Shown here one piece after another: positions 15,971 through 23,938 of a stretch of 64,000 bases of DNA (the first letter of the stretch is position 1; every line of letters begins with the position of its first letter). Made by a program: the position numbers and the translations under genes. Source of the stretch: a virus. The DNA lies in the IMG/VR virus record IMGVR_UViG_3300029931_000011. One strand, given 5' to 3'. The notes beneath the pieces are model-generated. The model did not search any database and was not told the DNA's origin. It saw only the letters and a list, made by a program, of their open reading frames with translations.

Positions 15971-16951
15971 ATGGCGGCAGCGGTCACCCTCTCGGCCGAG
16001 TTCTTCGACGACCCATCGTTCGATCACCTCGGCGTGCTGCTCGGCATCGACCCCGATCTCGCTCGCATGAAGGTCGCGCGGCTGTGGTCGTGGCAGACCG
16101 AGCACTACAGCGAGGAGCGGCCGACGTACGTGATCCCGGAGGGGTTCGTGATCGGCAAGCTCGGGGCGAAGGGGCCGGCGGCCATGATCGAAGCCGGTCT
16201 CGCCGAGCGCCGCGATGGCGGCCTCTTCCTGCGCGGCACCGACAAGCTCACGAGCACCGGCGACACGCGCATCGGGTGGCTCGGGTCACGGCGAGCCGAC
16301 AAGGTCGCCGGCGGCAAGGCGCGGGCGGCACAGGCAGAGAAGATCGGAAGGGTCGGCGGCCGATTCACCAGCGGCGCACCAGCGGCGCACCAGCATGGCG
16401 CTGCTGGTCCAGCGGCGCACCAGCAGGCACCAGCAGGCACCAGCGGAACACCAGCGGCGACCACCAGCAGCGGCCAGCGGCCACCAGCTATCAGGGATCA
16501 GGGATCAGGATCTTCTTCTGGTTCTACGCGCGATCCTGGCGTGTACGCCTCCATCGCCGAGCTCGTGACGCTCGCCTATGCGCGCATGGGCGCGGCCAGG
16601 GAATCCATCGAGCCCGGCGCGCCTGCACTCCCACGCCTCAGCGAGCGCCCGCTCGTGGACCGCTTGCGCGCCACGCCGCCGGAACGCCGCGAGCGCGACC
16701 TCGTGCACTGCCTCGACGTTCTGATCGCCGAGGCGGAGCGCGACCGCTCGGTCAACAACCTCCGCATGGGCTACCTGGGCGGCGACCTCGCCTGGCCCGG
16801 ACTGCTCTCGAAGACCGTCGCCAGCGTTCGCGGACGCGACGGCCCCGGCGGTGACCGCTCATCGCGCTCATCACGCCAGCCCACGGGTGCCGCAGCCGGC
16901 GCCGACGCCCTCGAGATCCTCCGACGCCGCAAACAAGGCCAACCGCCATGA
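15971..16951 (+). CDS. putative replication initiator (O-like) with low-complexity linker
   Basis: Full ORF of 326 aa with GGAGG upstream. N- and C-terminal domains flank the linker APAAHQHGAAGPAAHQQAPAGTSGTPAATTSSG, whose DNA is an iteron-like array. Followed by a loader-like gene. The function is inferred. Confidence 0.6.
   Translation: MAAAVTLSAEFFDDPSFDHLGVLLGIDPDLARMKVARLWSWQTEHYSEERPTYVIPEGFVIGKLGAKGPAAMIEAGLAERRDGGLFLRGTDKLTSTGDTRIGWLGSRRADKVAGGKARAAQAEKIGRVGGRFTSGAPAAHQHGAAGPAAHQQAPAGTSGTPAATTSSGQRPPAIRDQGSGSSSGSTRDPGVYASIAELVTLAYARMGAARESIEPGAPALPRLSERPLVDRLRATPPERRERDLVHCLDVLIAEAERDRSVNNLRMGYLGGDLAWPGLLSKTVASVRGRDGPGGDRSSRSSRQPTGAAAGADALEILRRRKQGQPP
16366..16488. repeat. iteron-like array: 9 direct CACCAGC cores, mostly 10-11 bp apart
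   Basis: Cores start at 16366, 16377, 16388, 16418, 16428, 16438, 16449, 16462 and 16482. One inverted copy (GCTGGT) lies near 16404. Confidence 0.7.
16496..16512. other. three GATC sites within 17 bp, next to a relatively AT-rich stretch
   Basis: The sequence ggGATCagggGATCagGATCttcttctggttc was read directly. It lies immediately right of the iteron-like array. Confidence 0.6.
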
Positions 16952-17526
16952 CCGACGAAGAAGCCGTCAAGATCATCACGCTCGCGCTCGCTGCCCTGCC
17001 GCAGCAGTCCGCGCGCATGACCGCGGACAACATCGCCAACGCAGCGCAGGTCTGGGCCGAGCTGATGCCGGACCACGACCGCGAGGAGGTGTGGTCGGCG
17101 GTGAAGCGGCTGCTGGTCACGAGCAAGTGGCTGCCGACGCCGGCCGAGATCCTCGCCGTGATCGACGCCGCCCGTCATGGCCGCCGCCCCGGCGGCGCCG
17201 AGCAGTGGTCGCGGGTGTGCGACGCGATCGGCGCCGTGGGTCGCTTCCGCCCGGCGCCGGCGTTCCGTGACCCGGTGACAGCGCGCGTGGTCGACGCGCT
17301 CGGGTGGCGCGAGTTGTGCGAGTCCGAGAACCAGGTCGCCGACCGCGCGCGCTTCATCGAGCTCTACGACCGGCTCGCCACCGAGGCCGTCGAGGATCGC
17401 GCGGTCGCTGAGGTGCCTGGCATCGCGCGCCCGGCGCTCACCGGCCCGCGCGGCCGCGTCGGCGAGATGCACCGGCTTGACGTGTCCGCGTTTCCCGGTC
17501 TGCCGCCGGCGAAGGAGGGCAACTGA
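16948..17526 (+). CDS. hypothetical protein, possible helicase-loader-like (G39P-like N-terminus)
   Basis: Full ORF of 192 aa with an ATGA overlap with the putative initiator. The loader assignment is weak and rests on position plus vague N-terminal resemblance. Confidence 0.6.
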   Translation: MTDEEAVKIITLALAALPQQSARMTADNIANAAQVWAELMPDHDREEVWSAVKRLLVTSKWLPTPAEILAVIDAARHGRRPGGAEQWSRVCDAIGAVGRFRPAPAFRDPVTARVVDALGWRELCESENQVADRARFIELYDRLATEAVEDRAVAEVPGIARPALTGPRGRVGEMHRLDVSAFPGLPPAKEGN

Positions 17527-17858
17527 TGGGCGACGACGACGACATCGACGACTCGATGGGCGCCAACCCCGAGCCCGTTCGCGAGGACGCGCGCGCCGAC
17601 CTCGGCTACCAGGAGACGCTGGCCCCGCGCTCGAGGAAGCCGCGCGGCGACCGCGCCGGCCGGTGGGTGGTCGAGTTCCGTGAGGGGGCCGAGGAGCCGG
17701 CGGCGCCGGCGGCAACGCCGACGTGCCGCGTGTGCGGTCCGGTGCCGGCGGGGACGATCCTGCACTCGCACGGCGACGACTGCAGGCGGAACGTGTGCGG
17801 TCCGTGCCAGGGGAAGCTGAACCGGCAGCGGATGGGCGGCACTGGAGGTAGCTGGTGA
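17526..17858 (+). CDS. hypothetical acidic/Cys protein
   Basis: Full ORF of 110 aa. Contains CRVCGP...CRRNVCGPC. Confidence 0.7.
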   Translation: MGDDDDIDDSMGANPEPVREDARADLGYQETLAPRSRKPRGDRAGRWVVEFREGAEEPAAPAATPTCRVCGPVPAGTILHSHGDDCRRNVCGPCQGKLNRQRMGGTGGSW

Positions 17859-18689
17859 GCGCCGCGCACGTCGAACGCGGCGACGGCTGGGAGTTGCATC
17901 TCGGCGACTGTCTGAACGGTCTCTCGCTCCTCAACGACAGGAGCGTGACCGTGACGATCACGGATCCGCCGTACGAGGCTGAGGCGCACACCGAGGGCCG
18001 GCGCCAACTCGGCAAGGATCGCGCCGGCACGCACAAGGGAAGCGGCGGTCGATATCGCAAGGTGCTAGAGACGCCGCTGGCCTTCGCGCCGATCGCGAAC
18101 GTCGATCGCGTGGCTGTTGCTGCACAGATCGCGCGCGTCACGCAGCATCGTGCGCTCGCGTTCTGTCAGGCCGAGGCCGTCGCGGACTGGCGCGATGCCT
18201 TCAACGCAGGCGGCATCCCGTATCGACGGGCGATGCCGTGGGTGAAGCCCGACGCGATGCCGTCGCTCCATGGACGGTGGCCGGGACAGTCGTACGAGTC
18301 GATCGTGCTCGCGATGCACCCGTCGGCGCCGCCGTGCCCGGTGGGGGGGCGCCTCGCGACGCTACGAGTTCACGCGCGACGCGGCGCTCTACCGCCGGCA
18401 CGGCGAGAAGAAGACCGGCGAGGCCGCGCCGCACCCGACGATGAAGCCGCTCGACCTGATGCTACAGCTGGTCCTGGACTTCACCGAGCCCGGTGATCTC
18501 GTGCTCGACCCGTTCGCGGGCAGCGGAACCACCGGCGTGGCGTGTCTCTCGCTTGGTCGCCGTTTCGTCGGCTGGGAGATCGACGAGGCGTTCTTCGAGG
18601 TCGCGTGTCGTCGGCTCCGTGGCGAGCGCGCTGTGCCGCGGCCCGAGCAGCCAGACCTGTTCGCATCCACGCCAACGGAGGCCGCATGA
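17855..18689 (+). pseudogene. beta-class N6A/N4C DNA methyltransferase interrupted by a +1 frame change at a G7 run
   Basis: ORF 17855..18496 carries TDPPY (motif IV). ORF 18270..18689 carries HPTMKP and DPFAGSGTT (motif I). Removing one G of 18343-18349 joins ...PPCPVGG to ASRRYEFTRD... into a single 277-aa ORF. Confidence 0.8.
18343..18349 (+). repeat. G7 homopolymer at the methyltransferase frame break
   Basis: gtgggggggc read directly from the sequence. Confidence 0.95.
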
Positions 18690-19036
18690 ACCCGTACGCC
18701 GACGTCGACGACCTCTTCGCCTGGGCGGATGCGAACGGCAGCCCGGCGGCCGCCGAGGAGCAGGCGACGAGCGACAAGCGCGACCACGAGGCCCGCTGGC
18801 GCCAGTTCCGCGCCGATCACCCCGAGGCGTGGCCCGCAATCCTCGAGTACCTCCGTGGCGAGCGCGAGCGGGGCGAGCGGCGGCTGTCGATGGCCCGCTG
18901 TTGGGAGGTGCTGCGCGGCCGGTTCGGCAAGGGCGTGAGGTTCGATAATTCGTGGCGCGCCATCGCAGCGCGGGATGTGGCCGCGGCGGACCCTGATCTC
19001 GGCGCGCTGATCGAGACGCGCAGGAGGAAGGCGTGA
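18686..19036 (+). CDS. hypothetical protein
   Basis: ORF 18542..19036 trimmed to ATG 18686 (ATGA overlap). Translation starts MNPYADVDDLFAWADANGSPAAAEEQ... Confidence 0.7.
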   Translation: MNPYADVDDLFAWADANGSPAAAEEQATSDKRDHEARWRQFRADHPEAWPAILEYLRGERERGERRLSMARCWEVLRGRFGKGVRFDNSWRAIAARDVAAADPDLGALIETRRRKA

Positions 19037-19710
19037 GCGCCGAGCATTGCACCCGATGCCGCGGCGCGATGCTGCCAGAGTGGGGCGGGTATCGCTGGTG
19101 CCCGACGTGCCGCGAGGAGGGAGCGAAGCGCCAGCGCGCCCGCACCAAGACGGCGAAGGGGCGCGCGCTCCACGCGAAGCACTGCGCGACGTGGAGGGGC
19201 AAGAACCGCGAGGACTACAACGCCGGCCGGATGGACGACTACTACGCGCGCCGCGAGCGGAAGCAGTGCATTGCCTGCAGCGAGCCGGCGCTGCCAACGG
19301 GGCCGCGGTGTCAGAAGCATCGCGACGCGCACGTGCAAGCGCAGCGCGAGTATCGCGCTCGGCGCGCCGGGGGCCAGCAGCGGCTGATCAAGCCGCTGAT
19401 CAAGCCGCTGCCACGAAAGCGGCCAGCGAAGATGCCCGCACCGGTTCGGCGCGCGGCCGCGACCGAGCCCGCCCCGCACGAGCAGCTCGAGCTTCCGCTC
19501 CGCGTCCGCATCCTGCGCGTCGTCCGCTTCTATGACGCCGCCACCGGCGAGGACATCCGCGAGCACCTCGGGCTCGGCGATGACGCGCGCGACGCCGTGT
19601 CGGCGCACCTCTCGCGCCTGACGAAGCGCGGGCTCCTCGCCCGCCTCCCCGACCGCAGCCGCGCCGAGGCCGCGTACCGCCTCACCGACGAAGGAAGGAG
19701 GGCCGCCTGA
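19033..19710 (+). CDS. zinc-ribbon + winged-helix-like DNA-binding protein
   Basis: Full ORF of 225 aa. Motifs CTRCRG...CPTC and CIAC...CQKH. C-terminal EDIREHLGLGDDARDAVSAHLSRLTKRGLLARL. Confidence 0.75.
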   Translation: MSAEHCTRCRGAMLPEWGGYRWCPTCREEGAKRQRARTKTAKGRALHAKHCATWRGKNREDYNAGRMDDYYARRERKQCIACSEPALPTGPRCQKHRDAHVQAQREYRARRAGGQQRLIKPLIKPLPRKRPAKMPAPVRRAAATEPAPHEQLELPLRVRILRVVRFYDAATGEDIREHLGLGDDARDAVSAHLSRLTKRGLLARLPDRSRAEAAYRLTDEGRRAA

Positions 19711-20012
19711 TGCGCACGTACAAGCCGACGGGTCGACCGGTGGGACGACCGAAGGCCCCGCGGAGCTCGACGACGACACCGATCGCCGACTGGCGCCTGG
19801 GTGAGCTTTCGCTCCGCGAGGCCGCCGTGCGCTTCGTCGAGCTGTGCAACGGCGTCGACGCGGCGACCGTCTGCGAGGAGTTCGGCGCCGACACAAGGGA
19901 AGGCCAGACGATCCGCGCCGCCCTAAATGGGGCTGCGAAGAGCGGAGAGCGCATCGTCAAGCACGATGGCGCGTTCTACCCGGCGCGCCGCGCTTCCCGG
20001 AGAGCCGCATGA
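19710..20012 (+). CDS. hypothetical protein
   Basis: Full ORF of 100 aa with a TGATG junction. Confidence 0.7.
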   Translation: MRTYKPTGRPVGRPKAPRSSTTTPIADWRLGELSLREAAVRFVELCNGVDAATVCEEFGADTREGQTIRAALNGAAKSGERIVKHDGAFYPARRASRRAA

Positions 20013-20215
20013 CGCGAACGCTGTCGATCAACGGCTCGGTGCACATCGAGACCGATGCCGGCCACACCCTGCAGCACGCGGGGAAGGGGAAGCCGCGGCA
20101 GCTCATCTGCCATCGCTGCGACGAGCGGCTCTTCATCGAGGGCGAGACGTTCGACGATCGAGTCGAGCACCTCAGGCAGATCATCGCGGAGCACGGAGGT
20201 GCGTCGTGCCCGTGA
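20009..20215 (+). CDS. hypothetical small protein
   Basis: ORF 19844..20215 trimmed to ATG 20009 (ATGA overlap). Translation starts MTRTLSINGSVHIETDAGHTLQHAGKGKPRQLICHRCDERLF... Confidence 0.65.
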   Translation: MTRTLSINGSVHIETDAGHTLQHAGKGKPRQLICHRCDERLFIEGETFDDRVEHLRQIIAEHGGASCP

Positions 20216-20520
20216 GGCGAGCTGCGCGACGAGATGCGAACGAGGACGAGATCGTCCGCGCACTGCGCGCCGCCGGCGCGTCGGTGTGTCTCCTCAGCAT
20301 GAAGGACGTGCCCGATCTTCTCGTCGGGTTCCGTGGCGCGAACTTTCTGCTCGAGGTGAAGCAGGAAGGGCGCCGCGGGGCATCCATCAAGAGCATCCAC
20401 GCCGAGCTCAGTGACGACCAGGCGGCGTGGCACGAGACCTGGCGCGGTCTCACGCCGGTCGTTGTTCGTAACACAGCCGAGGCGCTCGCCGCCATCGGCG
20501 CGACCACAGGAGCACCGTGA
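20206..20520 (+). CDS. VRR-NUC-type PD-(D/E)xK nuclease
   Basis: Motif IVRALRAAGASVCLLSMKDVPDLLVGFRGANFLLEVKQE...LSDDQAAWHETWRG. GTG 20206 was chosen because GGAGG lies 6 nt upstream. GTG 20212 (GTGA overlap) is equally possible. Confidence 0.8.
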   Translation: MPVRRAARRDANEDEIVRALRAAGASVCLLSMKDVPDLLVGFRGANFLLEVKQEGRRGASIKSIHAELSDDQAAWHETWRGLTPVVVRNTAEALAAIGATTGAP

Positions 20521-20813
20521 GCACCGAAGACCGCGACGTGTACCCCGCCGTCGTCCTCAACCCCGAGGCGATCGGCGAACCCAACCAGACGCCGGAGGTG
20601 CAACTCTCGCCGGCGCTGGTCGCCCTCGCGCGGGGCGAGTCCGCGGAGTCGGGCCCGTGCCGGAAGTGCAAGCGCGACGCACCGCCGAGCGCCGACGCCC
20701 TGGCCGCCAAGCTCGCGCGCGAGGACACGGGCGGCCCGATCGAATGGCTGTCGTACGAGGAGCAGGAGCGGTGGCGCCGGATCGCGCGGCACGCGCTCGA
20801 GGTGATCGGGTGA
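20517..20813 (+). CDS. hypothetical protein
   Basis: Full ORF of 98 aa with a GTGA overlap. Confidence 0.7.
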   Translation: MSTEDRDVYPAVVLNPEAIGEPNQTPEVQLSPALVALARGESAESGPCRKCKRDAPPSADALAAKLAREDTGGPIEWLSYEEQERWRRIARHALEVIG

Positions 20814-21364
20814 GCGCCTCCGACGACACCACGCCGACCGTTGAGGTCGTCGACTACTCCGACCTGCGGCCCTGCCCGCCGCTCCCCGGGCCGTTGTACG
20901 TCGACGACGAGCGCCTACCGCCGAACTTCTGGTCCAAGGTGACGCCCGAGCCGAATACTGGCTGCTGGCTGTGGTTTGCCTGTGGTTCTGCTGATGGGTA
21001 CGGGCAGTCGTTCGTGACGGGGAGGCAAGTGTACGCGCACAGGCTGGCGTACATCGTTCTTACCGGTCACGACCCGGGCGCGCTCCAGTTGGACCACCTG
21101 TGCCGCACGCGCTGCTGCGTAAACCCGGCACACCTCGAGCCGGTGACGAACGCCGAAAACTCGCGCCGGGGGCGCATTCGCCAGGTCACGAAGGAACGAC
21201 ACGCGGCCAAGACGCATTGCGTGAACGGGCACCCGTTCACCGACGAGAACACCCTCGTCCGCACAGAGCAGGGGCGCTCTGGCGTCTACGGCATCCGACG
21301 TTGCCGAGCGTGCAACCGGGAACGGATGCGGAAGCTTCGTAAGCTACGAAGGGAGTCGGCATGA
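20810..21364 (+). CDS. HNH endonuclease (HNH_3-type) with a 30-aa N-terminal extension
   Basis: ORF 20411..21364 trimmed to GTG 20810 (GTGA overlap). Motif CWLWFACGSADGYGQ...AHRLAYIV...LDHLCRTRCCVNPAHLEPVTNAENS. The N-terminal VVDYSDLRPCPPLPGP repeats the start of the next gene. Confidence 0.9.
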   Translation: MSASDDTTPTVEVVDYSDLRPCPPLPGPLYVDDERLPPNFWSKVTPEPNTGCWLWFACGSADGYGQSFVTGRQVYAHRLAYIVLTGHDPGALQLDHLCRTRCCVNPAHLEPVTNAENSRRGRIRQVTKERHAAKTHCVNGHPFTDENTLVRTEQGRSGVYGIRRCRACNRERMRKLRKLRRESA

Positions 21365-21810
21365 GGGACGAATTTCAAGACGAGGGGCTCGTTGTCGACA
21401 TTTCCGATCTTCGACCATGCCCATTCCTGCCTGGACCCTTCCCGGAACGCTGCACCGCTCGCTGCGTGTGCTGTGACGACCGCATGGAGGTGTTCATCGA
21501 CCAGCGTGTGAGCCTGGATGCCGACAGCACCGGCGACACCGCCCGGCTCGTGCCCGCGATCCCCGTCGACCAGCACGCTCGGTTGCTCGCGATGTCGGCG
21601 AGCGCGGTGGGCCGCGATGGCGTCGGCGGGTGGCTGCTCATCCCGGATCCGAAGCGGGGCATCGAATGGGTGTGCCGCGAGTGCGCGAAGGTGGCGATCG
21701 ACTTCACTGCCGACGAGGTGCAGAAGGCCGTCGCGATGTGGCTGCGGTGGTCGCGGATCGAGGTGGAGGACAGGACGGCGGGCGCGCCGAGGCGTTGGGG
21801 GCGGCGATGA
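21361..21810 (+). CDS. hypothetical Cys-containing protein
   Basis: Full ORF of 149 aa. The first ~30 codons are A/T3-rich and encode VVDISDLRPCPFLPGP. Confidence 0.7.
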   Translation: MRDEFQDEGLVVDISDLRPCPFLPGPFPERCTARCVCCDDRMEVFIDQRVSLDADSTGDTARLVPAIPVDQHARLLAMSASAVGRDGVGGWLLIPDPKRGIEWVCRECAKVAIDFTADEVQKAVAMWLRWSRIEVEDRTAGAPRRWGRR

Positions 21811-22061
21811 AGTACAGCGAGCGCGACCGCGACCTCGCAGCGAAGGTGTGCTCGATCGCGGCCTGCGGCGAGGCCGGTGGCGAGCACCAGTGCTACCAGT
21901 TCATCGCCGAGGAGATCTGCGACACAGCCCGCCACTCGAAGCGCGTGGCGACCTTGGCGCTCAAAGCATGGGCCGAGGTCCCGGACAACGTCGTCGAGTT
22001 GAACATGGCCGAACACGACGCGTGGGCTGAGGCGATGCTGCGAACGGGATGGGAGCCATGA
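21807..22061 (+). CDS. hypothetical protein
   Basis: ORF 21630..22061 trimmed to ATG 21807 (ATGA overlap). Translation starts MKYSERDRDLAAKVCSIAACGEAGGEHQCYQF... Confidence 0.65.
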   Translation: MKYSERDRDLAAKVCSIAACGEAGGEHQCYQFIAEEICDTARHSKRVATLALKAWAEVPDNVVELNMAEHDAWAEAMLRTGWEP

Positions 22062-22459
22062 ACCCGATCCCTCTCACCGGTCCCGACGGCACGGTCTACT
22101 GCTTCGCCTGCTCGACGTGCGGCAAGCCGTGGTCGTCCATCGATCTGGTCTACGTGCCGTCGCCGGTCGAGCGCGCGGAGCACATCGCCCGCTATCGCGA
22201 CGAATCGCGCTGGCGCGCCGAGAGGTGCTGCCACTGCATGGACTGCGGCGACCCGCTCGTTCCGACGGAGGCGGATGCCGACGGGATGGTCTCGCTCTGG
22301 TCGAAGTCGATGTGCAGGCGCTGCATCGCGAAGGCCGAGGAGAAGCGTCGCTGGAATCGGTTCGGGTGGGCATGGGGTCAGATCGCCGACGCCATCGCGC
22401 GCGGCATCACGACGGAAGCCGAGTGGAATGCTCAGTTCCCAGAGGAGGAGGACGAATGA
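22058..22459 (+). CDS. hypothetical zinc-ribbon protein
   Basis: ORF 22049..22459 with ATG 22058 in an ATGA overlap. Motifs CFACSTCG...CCHCMDCG...CRRC. Confidence 0.7.
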   Translation: MNPIPLTGPDGTVYCFACSTCGKPWSSIDLVYVPSPVERAEHIARYRDESRWRAERCCHCMDCGDPLVPTEADADGMVSLWSKSMCRRCIAKAEEKRRWNRFGWAWGQIADAIARGITTEAEWNAQFPEEEDE

Positions 22460-22605
22460 CCGCCAACGACGTCGCCGCCCTCGCTGTCGCGGTCGCGCTC
22501 ATCCTCATCGGCCCACGCCTCGATCCCGGCCGACGCGGCAACGTGCAGCTCGTCGTCTGGCTCGCCTGCATCGCGGCCCTGTTCATCGATTGGAACCGCC
22601 TATGA
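22456..22605 (+). CDS. small membrane protein
   Basis: ATG 22456 in an ATGA overlap. Translation: MTANDVAALAVAVALILIGPRLDPGRRGNVQLVVWLACIAALFIDWNRL. Confidence 0.5.
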   Translation: MTANDVAALAVAVALILIGPRLDPGRRGNVQLVVWLACIAALFIDWNRL

Positions 22606-22886
22606 CCGCCCGCCACACCCCCGACGGACAGATCGCCCCGCCCGAGCGCACCGCTGACGGCACCGGCGCCCGCCGCTACGCCCCGATCCCCGGTGACCTC
22701 GTCGAGGTCCGTGCGGGCGCTCTCGTCGCGTACTTCAAGGCGCACGGTGTCCGCCTCGGATCCATCGATCGAGAGGCTGGCCCCGGCGCCGTCTACGTCG
22801 CACTGCCGGGCTACCGGGCATCGATCCGCCTGGAGGTGGAGGACCTGACGCTGGTGTGGCGCCGGCCGCAGGAGTCGACGCCATGA
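22602..22886 (+). CDS. hypothetical protein
   Basis: ATG 22602 in an ATGA overlap. 94 aa. Confidence 0.65.
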   Translation: MTARHTPDGQIAPPERTADGTGARRYAPIPGDLVEVRAGALVAYFKAHGVRLGSIDREAGPGAVYVALPGYRASIRLEVEDLTLVWRRPQESTP

Positions 22887-23119
22887 CGCGCGAGGAGTGG
22901 CTGGCGCTCGAGGTCGGCGACGTGATCATCGACCACAAGTGCGGCGGCGCGCGGCGGGTAGTTCGCGAGATCAGGCGCGTGACCAGCACGCGCGGCCAGC
23001 GCACCGGCGCCACCCGCACGGTGATCCGCGTCGACAACCTCAAGAGCCCGGGCGCGCTGACGGTGATCTTCTCGACCGACGACTCGCCGGCCTACACGCG
23101 GTTCTCGAGGGCTCCATGA
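22883..23119 (+). CDS. hypothetical protein
   Basis: ATG 22883 in an ATGA overlap. Translation starts MTREEWLALEVGDVIIDHKCGGARRVVREI... Confidence 0.65.
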   Translation: MTREEWLALEVGDVIIDHKCGGARRVVREIRRVTSTRGQRTGATRTVIRVDNLKSPGALTVIFSTDDSPAYTRFSRAP

Positions 23120-23385
23120 GGCAGGCGCTCAACCGCATCGACGTGCACAACCCGCTCGTCGAGCCCGAGCGCCCGGGCTACGCCGTCCGCCACAAGCTCC
23201 ACGGCTGGTGGTGGACCGACAAGGGCTGGCAGTCGAAGCACGAGCACGTGAAGGTCTACGGCTCCCTTTCCGCCGCCGCCTACGCCGCCGGGATGCTCGC
23301 GGGCGCGCAGGTGACCAGCGTGCCGCGGGTGATCGGCGAGATGAGCGTCGGCCCGCTCGTGGTGTGGACGGAGGTGTCGACGTGA
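23116..23385 (+). CDS. hypothetical protein
   Basis: ATG 23116 in an ATGA overlap. Translation starts MRQALNRIDVHNPLVEPERPGYAVRHKLHGWWWTDKGW... Confidence 0.65.
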   Translation: MRQALNRIDVHNPLVEPERPGYAVRHKLHGWWWTDKGWQSKHEHVKVYGSLSAAAYAAGMLAGAQVTSVPRVIGEMSVGPLVVWTEVST

Positions 23386-23513
23386 GCCGCATGACGCCCG
23401 AGATGCTGGCGCTCTGCTACGGCTCGCTCATCGCGTACCTCGCCGACTTCGCGTTCGCGTTCACGAGGCGCGTCGCGTGGTCGCCGAGGATGGCACCGGA
23501 GGGATGGGAATGA
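23382..23513 (+). CDS. hypothetical small hydrophobic protein
   Basis: GTG 23382 in a GTGA overlap. 43 aa. Supported mainly by the unbroken coupling pattern. Confidence 0.4.
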   Translation: MSRMTPEMLALCYGSLIAYLADFAFAFTRRVAWSPRMAPEGWE

Positions 23514-23938
23514 ACCCCGCGATGCAGCACATCGGCCTGCCCGACATCGACTTCTGGCACACCGACGAGTCGGACTGGCGCCGCGAGGCCGCGTGGCACC
23601 TCTGCGCGCAGATGGGCGCGCACAGCGAGGACGTCTACTGCGCCTCGTGGCTGCTCGATCTCGAGTACGAGCTGTGGGCAATCGGCGCGGGCGAGGCTTC
23701 GCCCGGGCTGTTCGACGAGCGCCTGTGTCGCGACCTCGTGGCGCTCGCGCGGCTCGTCGACTGCTGGTGGTTCTGCCCGCACTTCGCGCGCGACCGGCCG
23801 AACTTCACCCCGCACGACCGCCACATCGGCCAGCGACGGCCCGTCGACCTCGCGACGTGGGAGCGGATGCGGCAGTGCCGCCGCGCGCTCGACAAGGCGT
23901 CCCGCTGCCCTGGATGCGGACGGAGGTGGCTGGCATGA
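23510..23938 (+). CDS. hypothetical Trp/Cys-rich protein
   Basis: ATG 23510 in an ATGA overlap. Translation starts MNPAMQHIGLPDIDFWHTDESDWRREAAWHLCAQ... Confidence 0.7.
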   Translation: MNPAMQHIGLPDIDFWHTDESDWRREAAWHLCAQMGAHSEDVYCASWLLDLEYELWAIGAGEASPGLFDERLCRDLVALARLVDCWWFCPHFARDRPNFTPHDRHIGQRRPVDLATWERMRQCRRALDKASRCPGCGRRWLA

